The notes under the pieces: generated by a model
The model's input: only the letters and a program-made list of their open reading frames with translations
Told to the model about the DNA's origin: nothing
Databases searched by the model: none
Translations under genes and position numbers: made by a program
From: a virus
Taxonomy: Duplodnaviria > Caudoviricetes
DNA: 64,000 nucleotides
IMG/VR virus record: IMGVR_UViG_3300043077_000092
Strand: one strand, 5' to 3'
In this document: positions 1 to 8,674 of the stretch, one piece after another
How positions within the stretch are numbered: the first letter of the stretch is position 1
How the letters are laid out: every line of letters begins with the position of its first letter

Positions 1-59
1 CTCTATCACTTTAGGTTGCTACCGTTGCCATTGGCATTTCCGTAAACCCTCTCAGTCTC

Positions 60-89
60 CCAATCCGCCCCACAAGGGGGCGAGATTGG
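60..89 (-). promoter_or_regulatory. GC-rich hairpin just 3' of putative DGR variable region (DGR target-recognition hairpin candidate)
   Basis: Minus strand CCAATCT-CGCCCC-CTTGT-GGGGCG-GATTGG, 12 nt after the stop of 102..1082; no U-tract, unlike the AT-rich terminators elsewhere. Confidence 0.6.
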
Positions 90-101
90 TCGATTAGCAG
101 A

Positions 102-1082
102 TTAACCGATTAAGAAATACGGGCGAATACCGGAGAGGGCGGACGCGTAGCAGTAACCGGAAAGGCCATAAGAGCTGCAAGTGGCGAAGGACGTCGAACT
201 CGCCACGGCACTGAGCCACCACCACTGACGTGCACCACCGTTGCCAAGTCCTGCGATCAAAGCTGCCGGATTATGACGGAATAATGCAAACTGGGTATTG
301 TTTGCTCCGGTGTCGTAGAAAGATGAACTGAGTACAGTAGAACCATAAAGGTTTACTTCGTTCATAAGTCTGAGCACAGTATCTTTCCATTCCCAGTTTG
401 TAGAAGCACCCTTCCAACCAGCGCCAGCGTTTGAATCGAGGTCTGCATTAATAGCTGTCGTTAACAAAGAACGATAGGTAAGAATGTGGTTCTTGAATGC
501 GGTCTGTAATGCCTCGGCATATACCGGAAGAATGTTTGTATGCATATCTGAACTGAAGTAACCACCAACAGTGGTGTTTGTATCGTTCATATGCGCGGTT
601 GTCTTGAAGCAATCCTTCGGTACAATAACTGCGTGGTGCTTTGTAAGAGCGGTATCGCCGTTATTGTAGAATGCATCGAAGTCGGCGATTACGCCCTTTA
701 CAACTTCTGATCCACCGATTGAAGTATTGATCGTTACGGTGATTGTATCACCGATGTACAGGTCATCGAATGTACCTGCTGAAATCATCGCACAAACCTG
801 ATCAACAGTATATGTGTCTGTAAGATCTTTTCCACGATAAATCGCATTATGTGCGGCTGCTGATGCGTATGGTGTAATGTTCTCTACGCTTGCCTTTAAC
901 TCGGTTACTCCCTGAACTAACTCGTCAGGTGCAAACTGAGCAAGGAATTCAGCTTCGGTTCCGCTAAATCCGTTACGAACAGCAATGTCGTAAGATGACT
1001 CACCACACATAGCCGCAACGCCGGAAAAGTTACCAACGGAATCCGTTACTTTAAGAATATTATTACTAATTTTCTTAGCCAT
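102..1082 (-). CDS. Receptor-binding/tail protein with C-terminal C-type-lectin-like (DUF6273-like) domain; probable DGR target
   Basis: N-terminal SYDIAVRNGFSGTEAEFL tail-fibre motif; C-terminus WWWLSAVASSTSFA...ASALSGIRPYFLIG typical of DGR target domains; RBS AAGGAGG. Confidence 0.75.
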   Translation of the reverse strand: MAKKISNNILKVTDSVGNFSGVAAMCGESSYDIAVRNGFSGTEAEFLAQFAPDELVQGVTELKASVENITPYASAAAHNAIYRGKDLTDTYTVDQVCAMISAGTFDDLYIGDTITVTINTSIGGSEVVKGVIADFDAFYNNGDTALTKHHAVIVPKDCFKTTAHMNDTNTTVGGYFSSDMHTNILPVYAEALQTAFKNHILTYRSLLTTAINADLDSNAGAGWKGASTNWEWKDTVLRLMNEVNLYGSTVLSSSFYDTGANNTQFALFRHNPAALIAGLGNGGARQWWWLSAVASSTSFATCSSYGLSGYCYASALSGIRPYFLIG

Positions 1083-1158
1083 TTGGTTTTAAACCTCCTT
1101 GAATATTATTTTTCGATATATTACAAAGTCAAGATTTCAACTTCATAACCTTACGATT

Positions 1159-2205
1159 TTAACTTGTCTCCAATCCTAATTCTCTTCGAATCTTAGTGAG
1201 TTCTTCCTGAATCTTTGAACTACTCCAAGTATCCTGAGTACTGGTCATGGAATCGTCAATCTGAGGCACCCAGAACGAGTCAGATGGATTTGTATCAATC
1301 CAGATCTTCGCCCCCGCTGCACTCGGTTCGTCTTTACCGACATATACATCTCTTGTAGCATCATCAATTGCATTCTGAATCTTTGAGCTACTCCAAGTGT
1401 CGGTAGAGTTTGTTGTATCATCTCTGATCTCAGGTACCATGAAGTAATCCTGTTGAGATGACGGTTTGGTATCAACCCATACTTTTGCAGATGACCCACT
1501 CGGTTTGGTGTCGCCAACGATTACATCATCAGATGCAACGTCAATCTCATGTCGGATTTTCGAACTACTCCAAGTATCCTCGGAGTTGGTTACGGTATCC
1601 TTAATCTCAGGGATTGTGAATGATTCAGCCTGAGACGCAGGTTTTGTATCGATCCAGACCTTTACATTGGAAGCAGATGGCTGCGTATCCGATACAACGA
1701 CATCCTTTGTCGCATTGTCAATCACTGACTGTATCTTGGCACTACTCCAAGTATCTGCACTACCTGTAGAGTCATCTTTAATCTCGGGCACCATAAAGTA
1801 CTCTGCCTGAGAAGCGGGACTTGTATCAATCCATGTTGATGTGAACTTGTTGGTAGGTTTTGATGTACCGATATGCACGTCACGATAGTTTTTAATCTGA
1901 TCACGAACTGCATCACCTGCACAAGAATACGTACTACCATCAATACCAATACGGATATCTACTAACTCGCCGTCTGATGCTGCTGTTCCAGAAGATGCAA
2001 GTGAGTTTATACGAAGTCGCTCAGTTGTCAAATCAGTATCAAGCTGTTTGATTGAAGCGGCTAATGAGCCAGATACACTACTGTTCTTCTCTGTCGCATC
2101 CAATGCGTATTTACCAATTTCCGTGATAGATGAGTCATTCCGAATCTTATTTCCGAATCTCATGGTTTCCATTAAATCGGAAAGTAAATGATCCTGTAAT
2201 ACCAT
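1159..2205 (-). CDS. Tail-fibre-associated repeat protein (4 x ~59 aa repeats)
   Basis: ELVDIRIGIDGSTYSCAGDAVRDQI motif common in Bacillota phage tail proteins; start moved to MVLQDH (ATG 2205) behind AAGGAG RBS. Confidence 0.65.
   Translation of the reverse strand: MVLQDHLLSDLMETMRFGNKIRNDSSITEIGKYALDATEKNSSVSGSLAASIKQLDTDLTTERLRINSLASSGTAASDGELVDIRIGIDGSTYSCAGDAVRDQIKNYRDVHIGTSKPTNKFTSTWIDTSPASQAEYFMVPEIKDDSTGSADTWSSAKIQSVIDNATKDVVVSDTQPSASNVKVWIDTKPASQAESFTIPEIKDTVTNSEDTWSSSKIRHEIDVASDDVIVGDTKPSGSSAKVWVDTKPSSQQDYFMVPEIRDDTTNSTDTWSSSKIQNAIDDATRDVYVGKDEPSAAGAKIWIDTNPSDSFWVPQIDDSMTSTQDTWSSSKIQEELTKIRRELGLETS
1190..1885 (-). repeat. Intragenic tandem repeat, ~177 bp unit x4
   Basis: TACTCCAAGT (+ strand, encoding TWSS) at 1221, 1389, 1566, 1743; spacing 168/177/177; protein repeat DV.V....P......W.DT.P...F.VP.I.D......DTWSS.KI. 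Confidence 0.9.
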
Positions 2206-2231
2206 ACCCTTTCTCTCCTTTCTATATAATT

Positions 2232-2244
2232 TTATATTTTTGTT
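2232..2244 (-). promoter_or_regulatory. Putative late (non-virion RNAP) promoter AACA-N6-TAA
   Basis: AACAAAAATATAA upstream of the RBS of 1159..2205; same motif recurs upstream of many genes. Confidence 0.65.
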
Positions 2245-2354
2245 AAAAAGATAGAAAATCGGGCGATAGAAATAAATTCCTACCGTTACCAACCCTTTAT
2301 CCCTTATATCTTTTGTTTTGGGTTATTCTAGCTATACGTTGATTCTATTAACTG

Positions 2355-2400
2355 AAAAAGAAGTGTAGAACAAAACGCACTTCCTACACTTCTATTTCTT
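2355..2400 (-). terminator. Intrinsic terminator
   Basis: AGAAGTGTAG / CTACACTTCT inverted repeat followed by a U-run on the minus strand. Confidence 0.6.
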
Positions 2401-3067
2401 ACTTGTCTGATGTTGATACAGCTAAGTTACCGTTTGACTCTACGGTCGTTCGATATACTTTCACTGTATTTCCATCCTTATCAGTCTCTGTTACAACATA
2501 ATTCGATGAATCAGTCTGAGTTAATGTTTCGCTTGTTCCATCTGCATATGTAACAGTAATCGTACCAGAGTTGTTTTTGACTGATGTTATTGGGGACGTA
2601 TGCTTAGGATAATCCCAAGTACCATCACCCATCAGACATTTATCATTGTCACCTGAACTTGGAGAAGGTACTAATCCAGAACTTCCACCCGCACTTGCTG
2701 AAGCACCAGAGAATATCTTGGTCATTGAAACTTTCTGCCAATCACTGACAGTCGTCTTACTACCAGATACAACCACTGAGGAAAACCATAACGACGGTTC
2801 ACCAGACTTGTTTAATCCAGTAATAGATAGTATCACATGACTATTAGACTGAAAGAATACTTCTCTTACTCCCCATGATAAATCATCGGGAATATTTTCT
2901 GATGTTGTATCAACTTCATGAGGTTGGTTGTTGATATGATACGAATCAGTCAATTCTACAACCTTTGCGTCTGAAAGAACACCATTTTTATATGCAGACT
3001 GCAACGTTCTGTTGTTTGCTTCCGCAGATTCTTTGATGCCATCTTTCATAATCAACGCTTGTCCCAT
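2399..3067 (-). CDS. Tail fibre-related protein
   Basis: GLVPSPSSGDNDKCLMGDGTW matches the GLVPAP..G....L.GDGTW fibre motif; S/T-rich; lies in tail cluster. Confidence 0.6.
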   Translation of the reverse strand: MGQALIMKDGIKESAEANNRTLQSAYKNGVLSDAKVVELTDSYHINNQPHEVDTTSENIPDDLSWGVREVFFQSNSHVILSITGLNKSGEPSLWFSSVVVSGSKTTVSDWQKVSMTKIFSGASASAGGSSGLVPSPSSGDNDKCLMGDGTWDYPKHTSPITSVKNNSGTITVTYADGTSETLTQTDSSNYVVTETDKDGNTVKVYRTTVESNGNLAVSTSDK

Positions 3068-3101
3068 GCATTGTCACTCCTTTCATTTAACGATTACTTT
3101 A

Positions 3102-3151
3102 AAACAAGAAGAGGGTAAATAAATAGACATTATTCCGTCCTCTTCTTGTTT
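3102..3151 (-). terminator. Intrinsic terminator
   Basis: AAACAAGAAGAGG / CCTCTTCTTGTTT inverted repeat. Confidence 0.65.
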
Positions 3152-3183
3152 AGTTTGAACTTTGGAGATGGAATAGTCTCCCT

Positions 3184-4257
3184 TTACATACAAAATGCAG
3201 GAAGGATACGGTAAGCGCTTGATGCATCACCAGCGTTGATATCACCATCACTCTCCACGTATACATACTGCTTTGCATTTGATTTTGCAGCCGATCTTGT
3301 CCAGTAGTTATCATAGCCAGATACAACATCGCTCTGTTTTTTCTTGCGATTTGCAACTGCGGTATAATAAGCATACTGAGAGCCTTCGTTGCTGATACTC
3401 TGTTCTGTATGAGCATTACCAACAAGCTCAGTCTCTGATAACAAGAATACGCTGTCTGATGTATTAGCCATTGAGGTAGACTTATTACCAATACTGGTAA
3501 CTTTGTCAACCGGCTTGATCAACTTCTGTAAGTCAGAATCTAATGCCTTTAAGAAGACACTGTTACACCAAGTTCTTCTGTGGCAATCTCTCCAACCGCC
3601 AGCGTTTGTAGCAGTTCTGTGCATATATCCAGCGTTGCCAATTCCGTTAGAGAACTGCAATGTAACTGCTGCCTTTCCTCCATTTGTAAGGTCATCATGA
3701 TTGAAACCGATAATTGTAATGTACTGAGCCATTGCAACGTGATTCTCACCAACCCCAGTAGCCGGAACTGCTGCGTAAGAAATCTGTTTAGTATCACCTA
3801 CGTTCCAGTATTCAGAGAGGTCGATCTGTCCTGCGTAATGTCTCTTTAACATTACAGCAATCTCATCCCATGTTGCTGTAGCAAATGGAACAATGCCGTT
3901 TACACTACCTGCGGTCTTTACACTTGTACGAATCTGGTTTGTATCCTCATCATAGTATGTAGTAACCTGCTGGAGTAATTCGTTGTCTGCGGAATAACCG
4001 TATACGGTATAGCTACCGTCACTTCCAACGACCATGATTTCCTTTGAGCCATCATCAAATGTGGCTGTCAAAGTATTTCCGTCACTGGACAGTTTGTACG
4101 TACCAGCCTTTTCATTCAGCCTGTTCATAACCTTCTGGTTTAACAGAGAAGTCAGATAGGATGGTGCGAAATTTTTCAAGCTTCTGTCATATAAATCTAT
4201 TGCAATGTCAGGGATATCTCCAGAGAGAGGTTCCCCCATGTATAAACTTAATGCCAT
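3184..4257 (-). CDS. Tail protein with DUF6273-like (CLec-fold) C-terminal domain
   Basis: WNVGDTK, IIGFNHDDL, TSDSVFLLSETEL, YWTRS and RILPAFCM motifs typical of DUF6273. Confidence 0.7.
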   Translation of the reverse strand: MALSLYMGEPLSGDIPDIAIDLYDRSLKNFAPSYLTSLLNQKVMNRLNEKAGTYKLSSDGNTLTATFDDGSKEIMVVGSDGSYTVYGYSADNELLQQVTTYYDEDTNQIRTSVKTAGSVNGIVPFATATWDEIAVMLKRHYAGQIDLSEYWNVGDTKQISYAAVPATGVGENHVAMAQYITIIGFNHDDLTNGGKAAVTLQFSNGIGNAGYMHRTATNAGGWRDCHRRTWCNSVFLKALDSDLQKLIKPVDKVTSIGNKSTSMANTSDSVFLLSETELVGNAHTEQSISNEGSQYAYYTAVANRKKKQSDVVSGYDNYWTRSAAKSNAKQYVYVESDGDINAGDASSAYRILPAFCM

Positions 4258-4315
4258 GATTAAGCACTCCTTTCTTTATTTGATTTTTTAATTATGAGAA
4301 AAAGCTAAGGGAATA

Positions 4316-4774
4316 TTAGCTTGTTTCGTCTGCGTTTAATACCGCTGATACCTTCGCCAATGCCTCTTCCAGCGTATTTACTTTTTCTACAAGCTGGTTG
4401 ACAACTTTGACAATGTTTGACAAATCCATTTCCGCAGTCACCTGATAAAGTTTGGAACCCTGATCTTCGTTCGCACCAAAACCAAGGGCTGCTAAGTCTT
4501 TTGGAGTTTTATCCGAGATAATCCACACAACCCCGGGGTCGAGTCTATCATCGACAGATAAAGATTCATATGCGGACCAAACACATACTTTTGTTTTTAC
4601 GTTACTGACTGAAACACCACCAAGATCAGATGCCTGAGCGTCGGTAATCACCCATACGACGTATGGGTTCTTCTTATCTGACTCAGACAATGCATTATAT
4701 TCAGCTAACGTTATTGGTTTATTGCGAAGACCACTTCCGCCACCGCTCCCACCAACTAAGAACGCATTTCCCAT
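4316..4774 (-). CDS. Small tail-fibre-associated protein (two internal repeats plus coiled coil)
   Basis: ITLAEYNALS..KNPYVVWVITD and VWSAYESLS..LDPGVVWIISD repeats; ATG 4774 behind AAGGAG (TTG 4783 alternative). Confidence 0.55.
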   Translation of the reverse strand: MGNAFLVGGSGGGSGLRNKPITLAEYNALSESDKKNPYVVWVITDAQASDLGGVSVSNVKTKVCVWSAYESLSVDDRLDPGVVWIISDKTPKDLAALGFGANEDQGSKLYQVTAEMDLSNIVKVVNQLVEKVNTLEEALAKVSAVLNADETS

Positions 4775-4826
4775 ATCATTCAATCTCCTTTCTTAGAATT
4801 TTCATTGTAAATCAGTTTCACTGAAT

Positions 4827-4839
4827 TTATATTTATGTT
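4827..4839 (-). promoter_or_regulatory. Putative late promoter AACA-N6-TAA
   Basis: AACATAAATATAA heading the tail cluster. Confidence 0.65.
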
Positions 4840-4879
4840 TTCGTAGCAGTTTACACGCTCGAAATTTACGAATAAATAC

Positions 4880-4917
4880 AAAAAATAAAGAGGTGGCTTG
4901 ATTTAAACCACCTCTTA
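4880..4917 (-). terminator. Intrinsic terminator
   Basis: AAGAGGTGG / CCACCTCTT inverted repeat with U-run on the minus strand. Confidence 0.7.
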
Positions 4918-4922
4918 TCATA

Positions 4923-6347
4923 TCAGTCATCCATGTATTGAGCCTCACATGAATTAGATATTCTTTTGATTGTCTTACTAGATCCTTTTGGTTCTGATTT
5001 CTTCTTTTCGCTGTTATTCTCAGAAGATGGATTGATAGTATAGCTACCATCATCAGAAGTTAGTACATCATACTCCGCAGATATCAAGATATACTCTACC
5101 AAGAATACTGCTACTGCATTGAACTCTGATAAACTTACAAGTGCACTATCTGGACATAACTGACTAACACAGTGTATAACATTTGCAGCAGATGCTTTGT
5201 CAATATCTACATTGAACAAACGGAAATCATCAATTATCTTATTTACAATCTCTATTGTTTTCTTATTACCATCAAGAACATAGTTCTTATCAGTGTTAGT
5301 ATGACTGACAATATTCTCCATAATATCTGTAAACGTCGTAAACTTATGAATGTACAGGTTAAACAGATTGGTTGCACCGTCGTAAGAATCATAAGGAAGA
5401 TACGTGTGTACAATATCCCTGAATGTGTGCTGATACAGACTATCCAACTGATTAACGGATACAGTTTCATACTGTTCATAGAACTTAGTACAAGGCAATA
5501 CGATAAGTCTACCTTTAAATGCGGTTGCAATATCTGTATACGGACCAACACCTACCGCAGCATGAATGGCTACCCAATCGTCAATAATGAAAATCTGTCT
5601 GGTTGATGTATCATATAGTACAAATTCATCTCCATAACTATTCAGATTATATTCCTTGAATTTAGTTGGAACCACCATTCTGCCAATACCGATGTTATTA
5701 CTATAATCCCGACCGATATCTTCATGCATATCCTCTTTAAACTGCTCAGCCTTTTCCAATGTATCCGTTATAGTTATAACACGGAAAGTTCTTTCTAAGT
5801 CTTTATAAGTAACATGTAGCAGATGCTGATAAGTATATACCATATAAATGATGCTATAACCATCTGCGATCTTTGTTTCTTCAATCCCTGTACCATTACA
5901 TCTGGTGCATTTTTCAATTGTTGCACCAACTAAAGTACCAGCACCATCACACTCTATACAAACATCATGGTCAACCATCATATCAAAGATGTCGTATGCA
6001 CTACCTTTGTATTTATCCAGATATGCGGTACAAAGTGCATTTAAAATCACAGGTAGCGATCTTACTGCATCATCTTCATGCTGTTCATGCTTATGTTTCA
6101 GAGTCATGTAGTTTATAAACAACCGCCTCTTTATTTCTTCCTTAGAAGCAATTTCAAAGTTGCACTTGCCAAATTCTTCATTGCAGTCAGAAGATTTCTT
6201 ACAACATTCGCAGGATACCTCTGATACGACATTATGTTCATATGCTGATGTTATAAAGAGATTCTTCGATGTGTCGATTTCTACGCTACTGCTTTCTGAA
6301 TTGACTATTCGTACTGTATTATTTTTAGATTGTTTATTTTTTGCCAT
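4923..6347 (-). CDS. Hypothetical protein with DnaJ-type CxxCxGxG zinc-finger pair
   Basis: CIECDGAG...CTRCNGTG; extra Cys cluster near the N-terminus. Confidence 0.55.
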   Translation of the reverse strand: MAKNKQSKNNTVRIVNSESSSVEIDTSKNLFITSAYEHNVVSEVSCECCKKSSDCNEEFGKCNFEIASKEEIKRRLFINYMTLKHKHEQHEDDAVRSLPVILNALCTAYLDKYKGSAYDIFDMMVDHDVCIECDGAGTLVGATIEKCTRCNGTGIEETKIADGYSIIYMVYTYQHLLHVTYKDLERTFRVITITDTLEKAEQFKEDMHEDIGRDYSNNIGIGRMVVPTKFKEYNLNSYGDEFVLYDTSTRQIFIIDDWVAIHAAVGVGPYTDIATAFKGRLIVLPCTKFYEQYETVSVNQLDSLYQHTFRDIVHTYLPYDSYDGATNLFNLYIHKFTTFTDIMENIVSHTNTDKNYVLDGNKKTIEIVNKIIDDFRLFNVDIDKASAANVIHCVSQLCPDSALVSLSEFNAVAVFLVEYILISAEYDVLTSDDGSYTINPSSENNSEKKKSEPKGSSKTIKRISNSCEAQYMDD

Positions 6348-6748
6348 TATTTATCCTCGCTTCCCACCATTGCTATGAATGTTTTATAGTATCTAATTAG
6401 AGAGTCCAAGTTCCTTGCTTTAACTTCAATTGCAGCATCAACATTATCGTCTGGAAGGTCTAATATAACCTTGACGAGATGGAGAGCTAAGTAAGCATCT
6501 CCAACCCCTTCAAGTATTGCTTCTTTATTAGCCTTTTCGCCAGTAAGTATATACTTAGTCAACTGCTGAGATAAACCGATTAGACTCTCTATTGCTTTAT
6601 TGAGATTAATGTACTCAGGATTAAAAGAGATATATTTATTAGCCTCTTTACATAATGCATCAATCTCTTCAGGCGTTTTAAACTTTACACCAGCGTTTCT
6701 TTCTCTGATAGCTGTATCACGCTTATTCATAAATTCCTGAGTATTCAT
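6347..6748 (-). CDS. MazG-like (all-alpha NTP pyrophosphohydrolase) protein with degenerate acidic motif
   Basis: KAIESLIGLSQQLTK...ILEGVGDAYLAL...K..N aligns with KA.EE..EL.QA..K...EE.ADV; start MNTQEF (6748) behind AAGGAGG. Confidence 0.55.
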   Translation of the reverse strand: MNTQEFMNKRDTAIRERNAGVKFKTPEEIDALCKEANKYISFNPEYINLNKAIESLIGLSQQLTKYILTGEKANKEAILEGVGDAYLALHLVKVILDLPDDNVDAAIEVKARNLDSLIRYYKTFIAMVGSEDK

Positions 6749-7691
6749 TTCGTGAAGCCTCCTTCTCAACCACATGAATGTTATATACCCCACTGTAATA
6801 CTTAAACTCTTCAAAGTTACTATCATGACTAGACTTTGGAATAGGAAAATATACATTCTTGAACTGGTTCTTATACTTTCCAAATAAGAGTTCAAAGAAG
6901 TAATCAGCAACTACCCTAGGGTCGTTACCAAATACTCCACAACCAAAAGCTCCAAGTATAACATTCTCTGAACCGCCTAAGACAGCAGCCGATAATACGG
7001 CATCACATCTGGCTCTAAGGTCGTTGAACAGAATCTCTCTGGTCTCAGAATCAGCCGAGAATAATTCATTTGGTGTACCAAACTTTATGATTGGAGCGTT
7101 AGACTTTCCCATTCGTCTATAGTACGCTCTGGCGTTTGGTGCTGCGCAAGTGATAACATCGGCATGTCTGCTTCTATTCAGAGTATAATTCATGTAACTA
7201 CTATCTCCTGATTCTTTTGGTAACTCATCAAGAGTAAAATCAAAGAACAGAATATCCCTAGAATACAGGATATCGTCATCATATAACCCACCACGTAATC
7301 CATTCTTATGGGGAATATAATAACTATCCATGAATTCCAATAATACAGGATATAGTGTACTTTGATGACATAAGCTCTCTTCCTGAGCAGAAGAACCATT
7401 TAAGAACATTCCACCCGGATGTTTAAATGATGCAAAGTTTAATACCGCAGTACGACCATCCTCATCAGCATAATCAAACAGACAAGATACACTATCGGTA
7501 TCGATAAGGTGAACTCTCATATCATCATGACCACCTCCGATAATAGTCATCTTGCTAGATGCCTTTCCATACCTCGTTGTATGCTCAACTGAGTATCTTA
7601 TCTCATCGGGATAATTCTGCTTTAATACAGGATGGAATACATTCGCAAGTGTACTCCGTGTTTCTTTGTCATATTCCTTCAAGTTAATCAT
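6723..7691 (-). CDS. TIGR02452/DUF2263 family macrodomain (bacterial-type PARG, ADP-ribose glycohydrolase)
   Basis: LNFASFKHPGGMFLNGSSAQEESLC, VITCAAPN, ILGAFGCGVFGNDP. Confidence 0.9.
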   Translation of the reverse strand: MINLKEYDKETRSTLANVFHPVLKQNYPDEIRYSVEHTTRYGKASSKMTIIGGGHDDMRVHLIDTDSVSCLFDYADEDGRTAVLNFASFKHPGGMFLNGSSAQEESLCHQSTLYPVLLEFMDSYYIPHKNGLRGGLYDDDILYSRDILFFDFTLDELPKESGDSSYMNYTLNRSRHADVITCAAPNARAYYRRMGKSNAPIIKFGTPNELFSADSETREILFNDLRARCDAVLSAAVLGGSENVILGAFGCGVFGNDPRVVADYFFELLFGKYKNQFKNVYFPIPKSSHDSNFEEFKYYSGVYNIHVVEKEASRNEYSGIYE

Positions 7692-8193
7692 ATACTATGT
7701 CTCCTCTCTCATCAATAAGGTTTGTAACCTTTCGTCCCTCATGTTCTGCATATTCAATACAATGAGCAGTTCCCCCAGTCTCGCCAGTCCATACAGCTAA
7801 TACCTCATCAGATATATCAACCATAAACTTATTACGTTCTTCGAGACATCCATCAACATAGTCCGAGTTTGTTACATAAGTAACTCTATCTGACTGCTCG
7901 ATAATCTGGTTGTATCTGCTGATATCTTCCTCATTGAACCACGGTTCTGACTGATTATGGCATGGGACTGCACAATGAAGTTTGATATTCACACCCTTAT
8001 TATCACGCAGATCAATTACTGCAAGTGCGAATATCGTATCAACTCCTAAAGCCATTCCACTAACTGCCCAATCGCAGTTTTTCTTTGTTAAAATCTCCTG
8101 AAACTTCTCATAAAGTTTCATCCATCTTGGGTCTGTTAAATCGTACCCATAAAGTCGTTTTGGTCTATGACCAGTTACGCAAATTGTATGCAT
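7684..8193 (-). CDS. SLOG family protein (YspA/DUF1273-like)
   Basis: VTGHRP, SGMALGVD, RNKFMVD, VWTGETGGTAHC; start MHTICV (8193) behind AAGGAG. Confidence 0.85.
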   Translation of the reverse strand: MHTICVTGHRPKRLYGYDLTDPRWMKLYEKFQEILTKKNCDWAVSGMALGVDTIFALAVIDLRDNKGVNIKLHCAVPCHNQSEPWFNEEDISRYNQIIEQSDRVTYVTNSDYVDGCLEERNKFMVDISDEVLAVWTGETGGTAHCIEYAEHEGRKVTNLIDERGDIVYD

Positions 8194-8230
8194 ATAAAGT
8201 GAACTCCTTTCTTCGTTCATTGTAAAGTCT

Positions 8231-8237
8231 TAATATA
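8231..8237 (-). promoter_or_regulatory. Putative early (virion RNAP) promoter TATATTA
   Basis: TATATTAAG upstream of the SLOG gene; motif recurs at the heads of many minus-strand units. Confidence 0.6.
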
Positions 8238-8286
8238 TACTTTATAAAAAAGTTGTCGATAGTATGAAAATATAAGATTGTAACAA

Positions 8287-8332
8287 AAAATTAATGGGTG
8301 AGTTGATAAACCCTAACCCACCCATTAATTTT
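8287..8332. terminator. Intrinsic terminator (bidirectional shape)
   Basis: AAAATTAATGGGTG / CACCCATTAATTTT inverted repeat. Confidence 0.7.
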
Positions 8333-8348
8333 GGATAACCCTAATACA

Positions 8349-8546
8349 TTATCCTAATACGTTCATAATGAAACGTATATCACGGACAAATGCATCCGGG
8401 TCATTTTGGACATTGGCACGATGATATTCATACCTGTCCATGAAATTAGATGGAGACCTAATTTCATTGGCTGTCCGATTACTCGGGAACACACATGACT
8501 GGTCGTATGATTGGGACATACTACCAAACGCGTACTGGTTTGCCAT
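8349..8546 (-). CDS. Small hypothetical protein
   Basis: AAGGAGG RBS; TATATTA at 8598-8604 upstream. Confidence 0.6.
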   Translation of the reverse strand: MANQYAFGSMSQSYDQSCVFPSNRTANEIRSPSNFMDRYEYHRANVQNDPDAFVRDIRFIMNVLG

Positions 8547-8674
8547 AGGACTAACCTCCTTTCGGTAAGCCAGTATTGTTTTGCTTACCTAAAGGAATAA
8601 TATAGTACTGAAAAATATATAAAGAGAGAAGATTGATATAAATATCACTAATCAATCTTCTCTCTTTAATCGTT

